From NCBI GenBank assembly GCA_964397985.1, contig CAYNLD010000013.1, forward strand, positions 2,586 through 34,585: DNA of 32,000 nucleotides. Direction: 5' to 3'. The position numbers and the translations under genes are program-made. Of this stretch, positions 1 through 9,276 are shown piece after piece (position 1 is the stretch's first letter; each line of letters opens with the position of its first letter). The notes under the pieces are model-generated. The model had not been told where the DNA came from and searched no databases. It saw only the letters and a program-made list of their open reading frames with translations. The stretch is from an uncultured Propionibacteriaceae bacterium (GTDB lineage: Bacteria > Actinomycetota > Actinomycetes > Propionibacteriales > Propionibacteriaceae).

Positions 1-777
1 TGGTACCGCGACACCGGGCCTACCTTCGTCCTGGACGGCGACGGCGGGCTCGGCGCGGTGGACTGGGTGTTCAACGGCTGGGGCCAACAGGACTGGGCGC
101 GCTGGGACGCCGACCAGCACGCCGCCGCCGTGGCGATCGCCGCCACCGGAGCGCGGCGGATCGGCTCACCGCTGGTGAACGAGGGCGGCGGCATTCACAC
201 CGACGGCGCCGGAACGTTCCTGGTCACCGACACCGTTCAGCTCGACCCGTTCCGCAACCCGCGCCTGACGCGGGCGGACGTCGAGGCCGAACTGGCCCGG
301 ACGGTCGGCGCACGCGCCGTGATCTGGCTGCCGCAAGGGCTCACCCGCGACTCGCAGACCTACGGGACCCGCGGGCACGTGGACATCGTCGCCACCTTCC
401 CCGCGCCGGGCACCGTGCTGCTCCACGACCAGCGGGATCCTGCGCACCCCGACCACACCGTCTCCGCTCGGCTGCGAGAGGTACTGGCCCGAGCCCTCGA
501 TTCCGCCGGGACGCCACTCGAGGTGGTGGCCATACCCGCCCCGTCCGTCCTGCGCGACGCGGAGGGCTTCGTCGACTACAGCTACGTGAACCACTACGTG
601 GCCAACGGTGTGGTGGTCGCCTGCGCGTTCGATGATCCGGCGGACGCCGAGGCGCGCGAGATCCTCGCCGCGGCCTACCCCGGACGCGAGGTCGTGTCTG
701 TCGACGCCCGCCCACTGTTCAGCCGGGGCGGAGGCATCCACTGCATCACCCAGCAACAGCCGCGCGCCGGCGGATAG
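1..777 (+). CDS. aguA: agmatine deiminase, 5'-truncated by the window edge
   Basis: Frame 1 is open from base 1 (WYRDTGPTFVLDGDGG...). The C-terminal GGGIHCITQQQP motif holds the catalytic Cys typical of agmatine deiminase / PAD-type enzymes. Its pathway partner starts 10 nt downstream. Confidence 0.9.
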   Translation, partial: WYRDTGPTFVLDGDGGLGAVDWVFNGWGQQDWARWDADQHAAAVAIAATGARRIGSPLVNEGGGIHTDGAGTFLVTDTVQLDPFRNPRLTRADVEAELARTVGARAVIWLPQGLTRDSQTYGTRGHVDIVATFPAPGTVLLHDQRDPAHPDHTVSARLREVLARALDSAGTPLEVVAIPAPSVLRDAEGFVDYSYVNHYVANGVVVACAFDDPADAEAREILAAAYPGREVVSVDARPLFSRGGGIHCITQQQPRAGG

Positions 778-786
778 GAAGCCCGA

Positions 787-1725
787 ATGCAGACGATCGT
801 CGCGGGTCCGCTCGACTCGCCCGCCCGGGTTCGCGAGGGCACCCGTCCACCGCTGGTCGTGGGCCTCGTCCAGACCCGCTGGCACGCGGACGCGGACGAG
901 CACGCCACTGTGCTGGCCGACGGCGTCGCCTCCGCTGCCGCCGCGGGCGCCGAAGTGGTGTTCCTGCCCGAGCTGACCCTGCTGCGCTACCCGGCCGACG
1001 TGAGGCCGGACGCCGAGCCGGCCTCGCTCGCCGAGCCGCTCGAGGATGGCCCCACCTTCCGCCTCGCGGCACAGTGCGCCGCGGCGAGCGGGGTGATCGT
1101 GCACGCGTCGCTGTACGAGCGGGCGGACGGCCCGGACGGACGCGGCTTCAACACCGCCATCCTCGTGTCCCCCGACGGGCGCCTGCTGGCGCGGACGCGG
1201 AAGCTGCACATTCCGGTCACCGCCGGCTACTACGAGGACAACTACTTCCGTCCCGGGCCGGCCGACGACCCCTACCCGGTGACCACGCTGCAGACGCCCT
1301 CCGCGGCGAGGGTGGGGCTGCCGACCTGCTGGGACGAGTGGTTCCCCGAACTCGCCCGCGCGTACAGCCTGGCCGGAGCGGAGGTGCTCGCCTACCCGAC
1401 CGCGATCGGCTCCGAGCCCGACCACCCCGGCTTCGACACCGAGCCGTTGTGGCGCCAGACGATCATCGGCAACGCGATCGCCAACGGCTTGTTCATGGTG
1501 GTGCCCAACCGGTGGGGCGACGAGGGCCTGATCAGCTTCTACGGTTCGTCGTTCATCTGCGACCCGTACGGACGCGTGCTGGTCCGGGCGTCCCGTTCGG
1601 GCGACGTCGCGCTGGTCGCATCGCTGGACCTCACCCAGCGCGATGACTGGCTGGAGCTGTTCCCGTTCCTGACCACCCGGCGACCGGACACCTACGCCCC
1701 TCTGGCGCGAATCACCGAACGCTGA
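787..1725 (+). CDS. aguB: N-carbamoylputrescine amidase (nitrilase-superfamily C-N hydrolase)
   Basis: ATG preceded by GGAAG. Nitrilase-type Glu/Lys/Cys contexts are present (FLPELTL, RKLHIP, CWDEWFPE). It lies directly downstream of agmatine deiminase. Confidence 0.88.
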   Translation: MQTIVAGPLDSPARVREGTRPPLVVGLVQTRWHADADEHATVLADGVASAAAAGAEVVFLPELTLLRYPADVRPDAEPASLAEPLEDGPTFRLAAQCAAASGVIVHASLYERADGPDGRGFNTAILVSPDGRLLARTRKLHIPVTAGYYEDNYFRPGPADDPYPVTTLQTPSAARVGLPTCWDEWFPELARAYSLAGAEVLAYPTAIGSEPDHPGFDTEPLWRQTIIGNAIANGLFMVVPNRWGDEGLISFYGSSFICDPYGRVLVRASRSGDVALVASLDLTQRDDWLELFPFLTTRRPDTYAPLARITER

Positions 1726-1748
1726 GATCGAGGGACAACCGGGCGGGC

Positions 1749-2354
1749 TCAGCCCAGCTCGGGCGCGGCATCCGCGATCAGGTCGCGCATGATCCGGATC
1801 TCGGTGAGCAGCCGCTCGCCGATCGCCGAATCCGTCGCGCCTTCGGCGTTCGACATGGCCGAGCTGACCGCGCCAAGGATCACCCCGAAGGCGACCTTCG
1901 CCCGGTGCTGGTCGCCGCTGCGCTGCTCGATCAGCCGGTAGAGCGGGCGCAGCCGGGTGATGGTCTGGGTCCAGAAGTCCATCGACAGCTCGGGGCGCTC
2001 GCGCAGCAGGGACTTCACCCGCGGGTAGTCGGACGGCAGGTTCACACTGCGGGCGACGAGCACGCAGGCATCCCCGATCAGGCTTCCGGACGCGGCGAGG
2101 AACCGGTCCCGCTCCGCGTCGCTGATGTCGGCGACGAGCAGGTCGAAGGCGGCAGCGACCTTGCTGGAGTAGTAGTTGAAGAACGTGCGCGGCGAGACGC
2201 CCACCTCTGCGCAGATCTCCTCCACGGTCACGTCGTTCGGCCCCCGCTCGGCGACCAGGCGCAGCGCGACCTCGTGGATCGCGTTGCGCGTGGCCGCCTT
2301 CTTGCGCTCCCGCAGCGAGGTGCAGGGCGGGTCGGTGGTGGCGTCGGCGGTCAT
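1749..2354 (-). CDS. TetR-family transcriptional regulator
   Basis: N-terminal HTH signature [51 protein letters not shown]. Its ATG overlaps the stop of the upstream MFS gene (ATGA at 2351-2354). Confidence 0.9.
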   Translation of the reverse strand: MTADATTDPPCTSLRERKKAATRNAIHEVALRLVAERGPNDVTVEEICAEVGVSPRTFFNYYSSKVAAAFDLLVADISDAERDRFLAASGSLIGDACVLVARSVNLPSDYPRVKSLLRERPELSMDFWTQTITRLRPLYRLIEQRSGDQHRAKVAFGVILGAVSSAMSNAEGATDSAIGERLLTEIRIMRDLIADAAPELG

Positions 2355-4921
2355 GCCAGGGCCTCCAGCGCGGCGCTCTCCTGCAGGTCCGACTTCTCCT
2401 GAAGGGCCGAGCGCGTCCGCAGCGGCGGGACCCGGTAGAAGCAGGCGATCACGAACGCCACCAGCATCACGCCGAACCCTACCCAGTAGATGGTCACGAC
2501 CGAGTCGTTGAAGCCGGTCATGAACGGCCTGGTCAGCCGCGGGTCCGCGCCGGTGAGGAACGACGTGTCGGAGGTGCTGTTGTCGGTGTTCACGTTGCTG
2601 TCGCCGGCGTCGCCGTTCTTGATCGTCTGAACCATCGTGGGTGCCAGCTCGTCCACCATCGCCCAGCGCTGCACCGGATCCGACCAGTCGACGACCAGCC
2701 GGCCGTCCTTGACGCTGAGGCTACGCTCCAGGGCCACGGATTGCAGTGCCTTGTCGTAGGCGTCGGGCAGTGCTTTGTTCACGGCCTTGTCGATGATCTT
2801 CTGCACCTTCGACAGCTTCTTCGCGCCACCGGCGAGCTTCTGGCCGCCGTCGGCCGCAGCAGCCGCTCCGGTCGGGATCGCGCTGCCCTTGCTGGCAGCG
2901 GTCTTCGCGCCGGTGGCGAGTTGCTGGGTGCCGGCCGCGAGCTTCTTCAGCGCGGTCACCAGGCTGGGGTTCTGGTCGGTGCCGTTCAGGATGCCGCTGG
3001 TGGCGTACACGTCGCCCTGCAGCGCGGCCATCGCGTCGTCGACCTTGCCCTTGTCCCCGTCCAGCTGGTCGCAGGCGGTCTGGTCGCCGGCCAGGCAGTC
3101 CTTCTGGTCGCCGGTCATCGTCTCGATCGCCGCGGAGAGCGAGCCGTAGGCGCCGGTCGCGCTCCGGGCGTAGGCGGCCGCGGCCGACTCACCCTTGCTG
3201 ACACCCTTGAGCCCGGTGGCGATCGCCTGCGCTCCATCGCCGATCTGGCTGACGCCGTCGACGAACGCGCCGGTGCCAGTGCTGAGTTGGGCCAGGCCGG
3301 AGCTCAGTGCCGAGATGCCGTCGCCGATCTTGCCCGTGCCCTGCGCCGCCTTCTTCGCCACCGCCGCGGTCACCTTCGCCTTCACGGCCGCCTTGACCTG
3401 CTTCTTCACCTCTTTGGTGGCATCGGCGAGATTGTCGTCCACGGTGCTCTTGACCTTGTCGGTGATCGGCGTCCACATCTTGTCCATGATCGCCGCGTTC
3501 GCCGGGTCGTTGGCGACCTTCGGGGTGAGGGCGGCGTCGAGGGCGTTCCAGGTCGTCCGCTCGTCCGTCATCGCGCTGGAGATGTTGGTCGGCAGGATGC
3601 TGAACAGCAGCGACAGCATGATGGCCGTGCCGAGGGTGCCACCGATCTGGCGGAAGAAGGTCGCCGAGCTGGTAGCGACGCCGATGTCCTTGGCCTCGGC
3701 CGAGGCCTGGACGGCCATGGTGAGGGTCTGCATCAGCTGGCCGAGACCGGCACCAATGATGAACATCGCGACCGCCATGTACCAGAACGGCTTGTCCAGG
3801 GTCATGAACGCAAGGATCAGGAAGCCGATCGCTGTGGTGGCGGTGCCGGTCTTGGGGAACACCGAGTACTTGCCGGTGCGCGCCACGAGCTGGCCGGTGC
3901 CGACCGAGGCGAGCATCACGCCGAACATCATCGGGAGGGTTGCGAAGCCCGACTGGGTGGGGCTGAACCCGAGAACGATCTGCAGGTACAGCGGGATGGT
4001 GAGCATGGCTCCGAACATCCCGAAGCCGATCAGGATGCTGAGCACGATGGCCGGGGAGAAGCCCTTCGCGTTGAACAGGCGCAACGGGATGATCGCGCTC
4101 GAGCCCATCGCCCGCTCCACGAGGATGAAGGCGAGCAGTCCGACCGCACCGATCGCGTAGCAGGTGATGGATGCGACCGAGGCCCAGCCCCACTCGCGTC
4201 CCTGCTCGGCAACCAGCAGCATCGGGGCGAGCGTGCCGACGACGAGGCCAGCCCCCCACCAGTCGATCCGCGGCTTGTCGTGCGGGATGTGCGGCAGGTG
4301 CAGGAAGAGGAACACGACAACCAGGGCGATGATGCCGACCGGGACGTTGACCAGGAAGACCCAGCGCCAGCCGGCGATGCCGAGGATCGTGTCGGTTCCG
4401 GCGAACAGACCTCCGACGAGCGGGCCGATCACGGACGCGATGCCGAAGGTGGCCAGGAAGAAGCCCTGGTACTTTGCGCGCTCCCGGGGAGCGAGCATGT
4501 CGCCGATGATGGCGAGCGGCAGCGACATCAGCCCGCCGGCGCCGAGGCCCTGGAAGGCGCGGAACGCCGCCAGCATCAGCATCGAGGTGGAGAAGCTGGA
4601 CAGGAACGAACCCGCGACAAAGATGCTGATGCTGATGATGAACAGCGGGCGGCGTCCGAACAGGTCGGACAGCTTGCCGTACAGCGGCGTGGTGACAGTC
4701 GCCGCGATCAGGTACGCGGTGGTCACCCAGGCCTGCTGGTCAAGGCCGTTCAGATCATCGCCGATGGTCCGGATCGCTGTGCCGACGATGGTTTGGTCCA
4801 GCGAGCTCAGGAACATGCCGGCCATCAGGCCGTACATGACGAACATGATCTGCCGATGGTTCATGATCGGGCTCTGGGTGATCTCTATCGGAGCCGTGCG
4901 CTCGACAGTGGCGGTTGCCAC
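2351..4921 (-). CDS. DHA2 (EmrB/QacA-type, 14-TMS) MFS efflux transporter with a large extracytoplasmic insert
   Basis: MFS motifs are present ([28 protein letters not shown]). Many hydrophobic helices are visible. I chose the GTG at 4919-4921 because GGAGGA lies 3 nt upstream. The track ORF extends to 5062, and an ATG at 4864 is an alternative start. Confidence 0.85.
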   Translation of the reverse strand: MATATVERTAPIEITQSPIMNHRQIMFVMYGLMAGMFLSSLDQTIVGTAIRTIGDDLNGLDQQAWVTTAYLIAATVTTPLYGKLSDLFGRRPLFIISISIFVAGSFLSSFSTSMLMLAAFRAFQGLGAGGLMSLPLAIIGDMLAPRERAKYQGFFLATFGIASVIGPLVGGLFAGTDTILGIAGWRWVFLVNVPVGIIALVVVFLFLHLPHIPHDKPRIDWWGAGLVVGTLAPMLLVAEQGREWGWASVASITCYAIGAVGLLAFILVERAMGSSAIIPLRLFNAKGFSPAIVLSILIGFGMFGAMLTIPLYLQIVLGFSPTQSGFATLPMMFGVMLASVGTGQLVARTGKYSVFPKTGTATTAIGFLILAFMTLDKPFWYMAVAMFIIGAGLGQLMQTLTMAVQASAEAKDIGVATSSATFFRQIGGTLGTAIMLSLLFSILPTNISSAMTDERTTWNALDAALTPKVANDPANAAIMDKMWTPITDKVKSTVDDNLADATKEVKKQVKAAVKAKVTAAVAKKAAQGTGKIGDGISALSSGLAQLSTGTGAFVDGVSQIGDGAQAIATGLKGVSKGESAAAAYARSATGAYGSLSAAIETMTGDQKDCLAGDQTACDQLDGDKGKVDDAMAALQGDVYATSGILNGTDQNPSLVTALKKLAAGTQQLATGAKTAASKGSAIPTGAAAAADGGQKLAGGAKKLSKVQKIIDKAVNKALPDAYDKALQSVALERSLSVKDGRLVVDWSDPVQRWAMVDELAPTMVQTIKNGDAGDSNVNTDNSTSDTSFLTGADPRLTRPFMTGFNDSVVTIYWVGFGVMLVAFVIACFYRVPPLRTRSALQEKSDLQESAALEALA

Positions 4922-5110
4922 ATCTCCTCCTACAAACGAAAAGCGCTGCCCTTCCTGCAGCAGCGCATCTTTACGGTAGCGCAAGATTGCACGACTGCAA
5001 ACTTGCGCGAACGCAGTGGGCAAGGATGCTGATCCATCGAGCGGCCAGTCGGGATTGCCCACTCCCTATCGAGCCTCGCCCCGACGGCCCACCAAGGGCA
5101 TGATTGCGGC

Positions 5111-5482
5111 ATGACTCGCGTCCGCGTCGTTGCGGCGGCACTGCTTGCCCTCACCCTGCTGGCCTGCGGTTGCGCACCGAGCCCGACCGCGGAGGATGCG
5201 GGTGCGGTCACCTTCCGCACCCGCGCCGTGCCGATGGTCGGCGGCTTCTGCAGCTGGTTCGCGGAGGACCAGCCGGGCAGGCCGTGCGTCGAAGGCATGG
5301 ACCTGGTGTTCGCGGCGAAGCCGGAGATGCGCAGCGAGGGCAGCAGCGAGGCGCTCTACGAGGTCGTCGCCCAGGTGGACGTCTCGACCCAGACCCGCAG
5401 GAACACCGCCAACCCGCCGCAGTCGTCGCTGGTGACGATCTGGACGGTGACGAGGGTGATCTCGGTCACGCGAGTCTCCTGA
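5111..5482 (+). CDS. putative secreted lipoprotein
   Basis: Signal peptide with a lipobox (MTRVRVVAAALLALTLLAC-G). G/C is strong at third codon positions. I recognise no family. Confidence 0.55.
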   Translation: MTRVRVVAAALLALTLLACGCAPSPTAEDAGAVTFRTRAVPMVGGFCSWFAEDQPGRPCVEGMDLVFAAKPEMRSEGSSEALYEVVAQVDVSTQTRRNTANPPQSSLVTIWTVTRVISVTRVS

Positions 5483-5534
5483 CAGCCCCCGCAGAACTCC
5501 ACCGGCATGGCAGGCTGGGGGTAAGGAGAACACC

Positions 5535-6062
5535 ATGAACGCCGAATTCGACCTCTTCCCACCACCACGTCGCACGATCCACCACCGGCGCAACGTCGCC
5601 ACGGCCCTCTGCCTGGTGGGGGGCGCGGCCGCGGCAGGCTCGATCGCGTCCGATCCCGAAGATGACTGGTACACCGACCTGGACAAGCCCTCCTGGCAGC
5701 CGCCCGGCGAGGTGTTCCCCGTGGTGTGGAGCACCCTGTACGCAACCATCGCCGCGAACTCCACTGCGGTCCTGAACGAACTGGATCGGCAGGGCGACGC
5801 CGACGCCGTCGCGGAATTCCGCAGGGCGCTGGCCCGCAACATGGCCCTGAACGGCGCCTGGAGCTGGCTGTTCTTCCGCAACCACAACCTGCTGGCGTCG
5901 GCGATCGGCGCTGGCCTGCTCGCGGCCAACTCGGTCAGCCTCGCCCGCCGGGCCGCCCGGGTGGGCCGCCGGTTCGGCGTCGCAATGGCGCCCTACGCGG
6001 CGTGGACCTGCTTCGCAACCGCGCTCGCCACCGAGGTCTGGCGACGCAACCGGGACCGGTGA
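5535..6062 (+). CDS. tspO: TspO/MBR tryptophan-rich sensory protein
   Basis: PSWQPPGEVFPVVWSTLYATIA and NGAWSWLFF motifs. About five hydrophobic helices. A strong RBS (TAAGGAGAA) lies upstream of the ATG. Confidence 0.85.
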   Translation: MNAEFDLFPPPRRTIHHRRNVATALCLVGGAAAAGSIASDPEDDWYTDLDKPSWQPPGEVFPVVWSTLYATIAANSTAVLNELDRQGDADAVAEFRRALARNMALNGAWSWLFFRNHNLLASAIGAGLLAANSVSLARRAARVGRRFGVAMAPYAAWTCFATALATEVWRRNRDR

Positions 6063-6362
6063 CGGGCGCCCGTCGACGCGCCCGAAAGTGCATCCGGCGT
6101 CGAGCGATCCGGACCTGAGCCAGGGGGACCACACGCATCGGCCCACGCTGCCGCCCGTTGACCACCGGACCACCACGGCTGGGCCGCCGACGCGGCCCCG
6201 GCCCTGGCAGGGAGAGCCGATGGCGATCCGTTCCGGAACAGGGAGTACTTTTCGCGACCCGGGCCCACCCGGCAGGCGCCGAAGCGTCCGTTACTCTGCG
6301 GGCACCAGCCGGAGCCGGCGGCCGGCCCACCGGAGTGCCCCGCGACAAGCAAGGACGACACA

Positions 6363-8132
6363 TTGGCTGACAGAACGCTGAACCGGGACGCCGGCACGCT
6401 CGACCCCACCCTGTGGGGCCACCGGTGGGGCTTCCAGGACACGAGGCTGTTCCTGCACCCGGACGGCTCGGTGGAGATGACCGGCGAGCGGTACAACCTG
6501 TGCGGCTACCGGATGCCCTACCTCGTCCCCTTCATCAACAAGGAGCTGGGCGTCGAGATCGACTTCACCGCGAACCGTCCACTCACCGAGGCGCCGAGGG
6601 TCACGCCCGCCGCACGCAACGAGGCCTTCCTCGCCGCGCTGGCCGGCACGCTGCGCCCCGACCAGTTCAGGGCCGACGACCCGGAACGCCTCCTGCACAG
6701 CCACGGACAGACCACCACAGAGGAGGTCTCGCGGGTGCTGTACGACGACCTCGACCGCTGCGTCGACCTCGTCGTGTGGCCCGAATCGGACGCCGACTGC
6801 CAGGCGGTCGTCACCGCGGCGGACGTGCACGGCGTGTGCCTGATCCCGTACGGTGGCGGGACGAACGTGAGCAGCGCGCTGCTCGTGCCGGCGTCCGAGA
6901 CCCGGATGGTGGTTTCCGTCGACACCCGGCGGATGAACCGCGTCCTGCACGTCGACCGGGCGAACCTGACCGCCACCGTGCAGGCCGGGATCACGGGCGG
7001 ACGCCTGGAGCAGCTGCTCGCGACGGAGGGGCTCACCTGCGGCCACGAGCCGGACAGTTCCGAGCTGTCCACCCTCGGCGGCTGGATCGCCACCAACGCC
7101 AGCGGGATGAAGAAGAACCGCTACGGCAACATCGAGGACCTGGTGGAGAACGCGACGCTGGTCACGCCCGCCGGGGTGATCGAGCAGCAGTACTCCAGCC
7201 CGCGCCAGTCCCCCGGCATCCAGCTGCAGAAGGCGCTGTTCGGCAGCGAGGGCAACCTGGGCCTGGTCACGAAGGCCGTGGTCCACGTCCACCCGCTACC
7301 GGAGGTGAAGAAGTACGGCTCGGTGATCTTCGCGGACTGGCCCACCGGAGTGTCCTTCATGGAGGCGCTGAACCGGACCGGTGCCCGCCCGGCCAGCATC
7401 CGGCTGGTCGACAACCTGCAGTTCCGGCTGGGCCAGTCGCTGAAGGCCGCCCCGAGCGGGAGGGCGAAGGTACTGAAGAGCCGGGCCGAGGAAATCCTGG
7501 TCACGAAGATCAAGAAGTTCGACACGCACACGATGGTCGCAGCGACGATCGTCTACGAGGGCGCGGCGGCCGAGGTTGCCATGCAGGAGAAGGCGGTCGC
7601 GTCCACGGCGAGGCGCTTCGGCGGGCTGCAGGGGGGCTCGGGCAACGGCGAGCGAGGCTACATGCTGACCTACGCGATCGCCTACCTTCGCGACTTCCTG
7701 GCCGACTACTTCGTGATCGGCGAGACGTACGAGACGACGGTGCCGTGGGACCGGATCCACGACGTCTGCGCTGCGGTGGACCGGACGGCGAGGTCGGAGC
7801 ACGCCCGGCTGGGCTTCCCCGGCACGCCGTTCACCTCACCCCGGCTCACCCAGATGTACCACAGTGGCGTCTGCCTCTACTTCACCCACGGCCTGTACCA
7901 CCGCGGAGTGGAGGACGGCGATGCGAAGTTCGCCGAGATGGAGCGGAACATCCGCACCGCGATCATGGACGCCGGCGGCTCGATCTCGCACCACCACGGT
8001 GTCGGCAAGCTCCGCAAGCACGTCGTCGACCGCGTCGCGTCCACCGAATCGGTGGCCGCCGTGACCGCGCTCAAGCAAGCCGTCGACCCCCACAACGTCT
8101 TCGGCATCGCCAACAACATCTTCGGCTCCTAG
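6363..8132 (+). CDS. FAD-linked oxidase resembling alkyl-dihydroxyacetonephosphate synthase (AGPS)
   Basis: AGPS-type N-terminus (RWGFQDTRLFLHPDGSVEMTGERYNLCGYRMPYLVPF). FAD-binding PCMH region (VCLIPYGGGTNVSSA). C-terminal ISHHHGVGKLRK motif. The TTG start at 6363 is the only in-frame start before these motifs, so the start is less certain than the gene. Confidence 0.85.
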   Translation: MADRTLNRDAGTLDPTLWGHRWGFQDTRLFLHPDGSVEMTGERYNLCGYRMPYLVPFINKELGVEIDFTANRPLTEAPRVTPAARNEAFLAALAGTLRPDQFRADDPERLLHSHGQTTTEEVSRVLYDDLDRCVDLVVWPESDADCQAVVTAADVHGVCLIPYGGGTNVSSALLVPASETRMVVSVDTRRMNRVLHVDRANLTATVQAGITGGRLEQLLATEGLTCGHEPDSSELSTLGGWIATNASGMKKNRYGNIEDLVENATLVTPAGVIEQQYSSPRQSPGIQLQKALFGSEGNLGLVTKAVVHVHPLPEVKKYGSVIFADWPTGVSFMEALNRTGARPASIRLVDNLQFRLGQSLKAAPSGRAKVLKSRAEEILVTKIKKFDTHTMVAATIVYEGAAAEVAMQEKAVASTARRFGGLQGGSGNGERGYMLTYAIAYLRDFLADYFVIGETYETTVPWDRIHDVCAAVDRTARSEHARLGFPGTPFTSPRLTQMYHSGVCLYFTHGLYHRGVEDGDAKFAEMERNIRTAIMDAGGSISHHHGVGKLRKHVVDRVASTESVAAVTALKQAVDPHNVFGIANNIFGS

Positions 8133-8145
8133 CCATCGGCCGGGT

Positions 8146-8266
8146 GGCCGAAAAGGGGACGGTTCTCCTTTTCGTCCATGGCCGAGAAGGAGACGGTTCT
8201 CCTTCTCGTCCAGGCTGCTCTCCGTCGGTCAGGTGGACGATAACGAGAACCGTCCCCTTTCCGTCC
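8146..8266. repeat. three copies of a 33-bp hairpin-forming element (two tandem direct, one inverted)
   Basis: R1 8146-8178 is GGCCGAAAAGGGGACGGTTCTCCTTTTCGTCCA. R2 8180-8212 is GGCCGAGAAGGAGACGGTTCTCCTTCTCGTCCA (30/33 identical to R1). R3 8234-8266 is the reverse complement (29/33 identical to R1). R2 folds into a perfect 10-bp stem with a CGGT loop. Confidence 0.85.
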
Positions 8267-8445
8267 ACGCTGCTCCGCAGCCGACTCCCGCAGACAGGAG
8301 AAGCCCATCCGGGCAGCCAAGTACGTACTGTTTCCCCCCTTGTCGGACGCACGTTCGAGGCAACGAACCCGCTGGTAGCGTGCAGAACGCCCGCGGGCCG
8401 GACGTCTCCGGCCGATCCCCAGCAACGAGTTTCCCAGGAGGCCGC

Positions 8446-9276
8446 ATGACCCGCCAGAACCTCTCCCCGGAGGTGGTTCCTGCCGCGGGGTTCAGCGTCT
8501 CAGAGTTCGCCCGGACGGCGCACGGCAGCCACCGCGCGTCCCTCGACCTGGACGCCTATCGCGAGCACCCGCTCGACCCGGGCGCCGTCGCGATCCTCCA
8601 CCTGCTCGCCCGACTCGAACACGGCGCGCTGAGCTACCTGCGCAGCGTGCTTGTCACCCCGACCCACAAGGACGCCCGGGTCACCGCTTTCCTGGTCACC
8701 TGGGCCTACGAGAAGTACTGGGTGGCGGACGCCATCGAACAGGTCGTCGCGGCCCACCCGGCGCCACCGCCGGTCCGCGGCATCTCCCGGACGAAGCGGC
8801 TGCGGCTCGGGCTCGCGGAGCGGCTCGAGCCGATCACCGAATCGGTGGTCGCCAACCTGATCGGCGACGACCTGATCGCCACCCACACCGCGGCGGGCGC
8901 GATCGACGAGTGGATCACCCAGACCGGCTACGAACAGCTCCGCGACCGAACCCCCCACCCCGAACTTGCCGCCACGCTCGATCGCATCCTCGCGGTGAAG
9001 CGTCCCCACGCCGCCTTCTTCGCCGCGGATGCGGGCGATCGCCTCGCGGCCTCCCCGCGGGCGGTCGGGCTGGCCCGCCGACGGCTCTCAAGAACCACCT
9101 GGCCGCTCGGGTCGGCCACCGAGCCGCCCGCGTTGGTAGCCCGAATCCTCGACGGCCTGTTGCCGGCATCCGGCCTCGCCCTGATCGACGCCCGGGTCGA
9201 CGCGCTCCCCGGCCTCACCGGCCTGCACCTGGCCTCCACTGCGGCGCAGAGAGCCCGAAGGGCGGCGGCCCGGTGA
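8446..9276 (+). CDS. ferritin-like / acyl-ACP-desaturase-like protein with a degenerate metal site
   Basis: ATG at 8446 with AGGAGG 5 nt upstream. Clear paralog of the 11544-12356 product (YLRSVLVTPTHKDARVTAFLVTW versus YLRDLLVTPSHKERDVNAFMTMW). Two of the six diiron ligand positions are substituted. Confidence 0.7.
   Translation: MTRQNLSPEVVPAAGFSVSEFARTAHGSHRASLDLDAYREHPLDPGAVAILHLLARLEHGALSYLRSVLVTPTHKDARVTAFLVTWAYEKYWVADAIEQVVAAHPAPPPVRGISRTKRLRLGLAERLEPITESVVANLIGDDLIATHTAAGAIDEWITQTGYEQLRDRTPHPELAATLDRILAVKRPHAAFFAADAGDRLAASPRAVGLARRRLSRTTWPLGSATEPPALVARILDGLLPASGLALIDARVDALPGLTGLHLASTAAQRARRAAAR

Noticed and set aside
2741-5032. 763-aa plus-strand ORF, and other ORFs overlapping the MFS gene
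   Set aside because: It is antisense to a transporter with canonical MFS motifs and hydrophobic helices. The translation is an Arg/Asp/Gly-rich GC artefact.
6061-6074. Perfect 14-bp palindrome GACGGGCGCCCGTC overlapping the TspO stop, considered as a terminator
   Set aside because: As a hairpin it leaves at most a 5-bp stem with a 4-nt loop and no U-tract. This is too weak to call and could arise by chance in GC-rich DNA.
8146-8266. CRISPR array
   Set aside because: There are only three copies and one is inverted. The direct copies are separated by 1 nt rather than by spacers. No cas genes are present.
6413-8449. 678-aa alternative-frame ORF over the AGPS-like gene
   Set aside because: It shares the strand but uses a different frame. 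The product is Arg/Pro/Gly-rich without motifs. The 6363 frame carries the FAD-oxidase and AGPS signatures.
8910-9272. Upstream extension of the reductase ORF to 8910
   Set aside because: The extension lies inside the ferritin-like gene in another frame. The Rossmann motif begins right after the GTG at 9273, which overlaps the upstream stop as in coupled genes.
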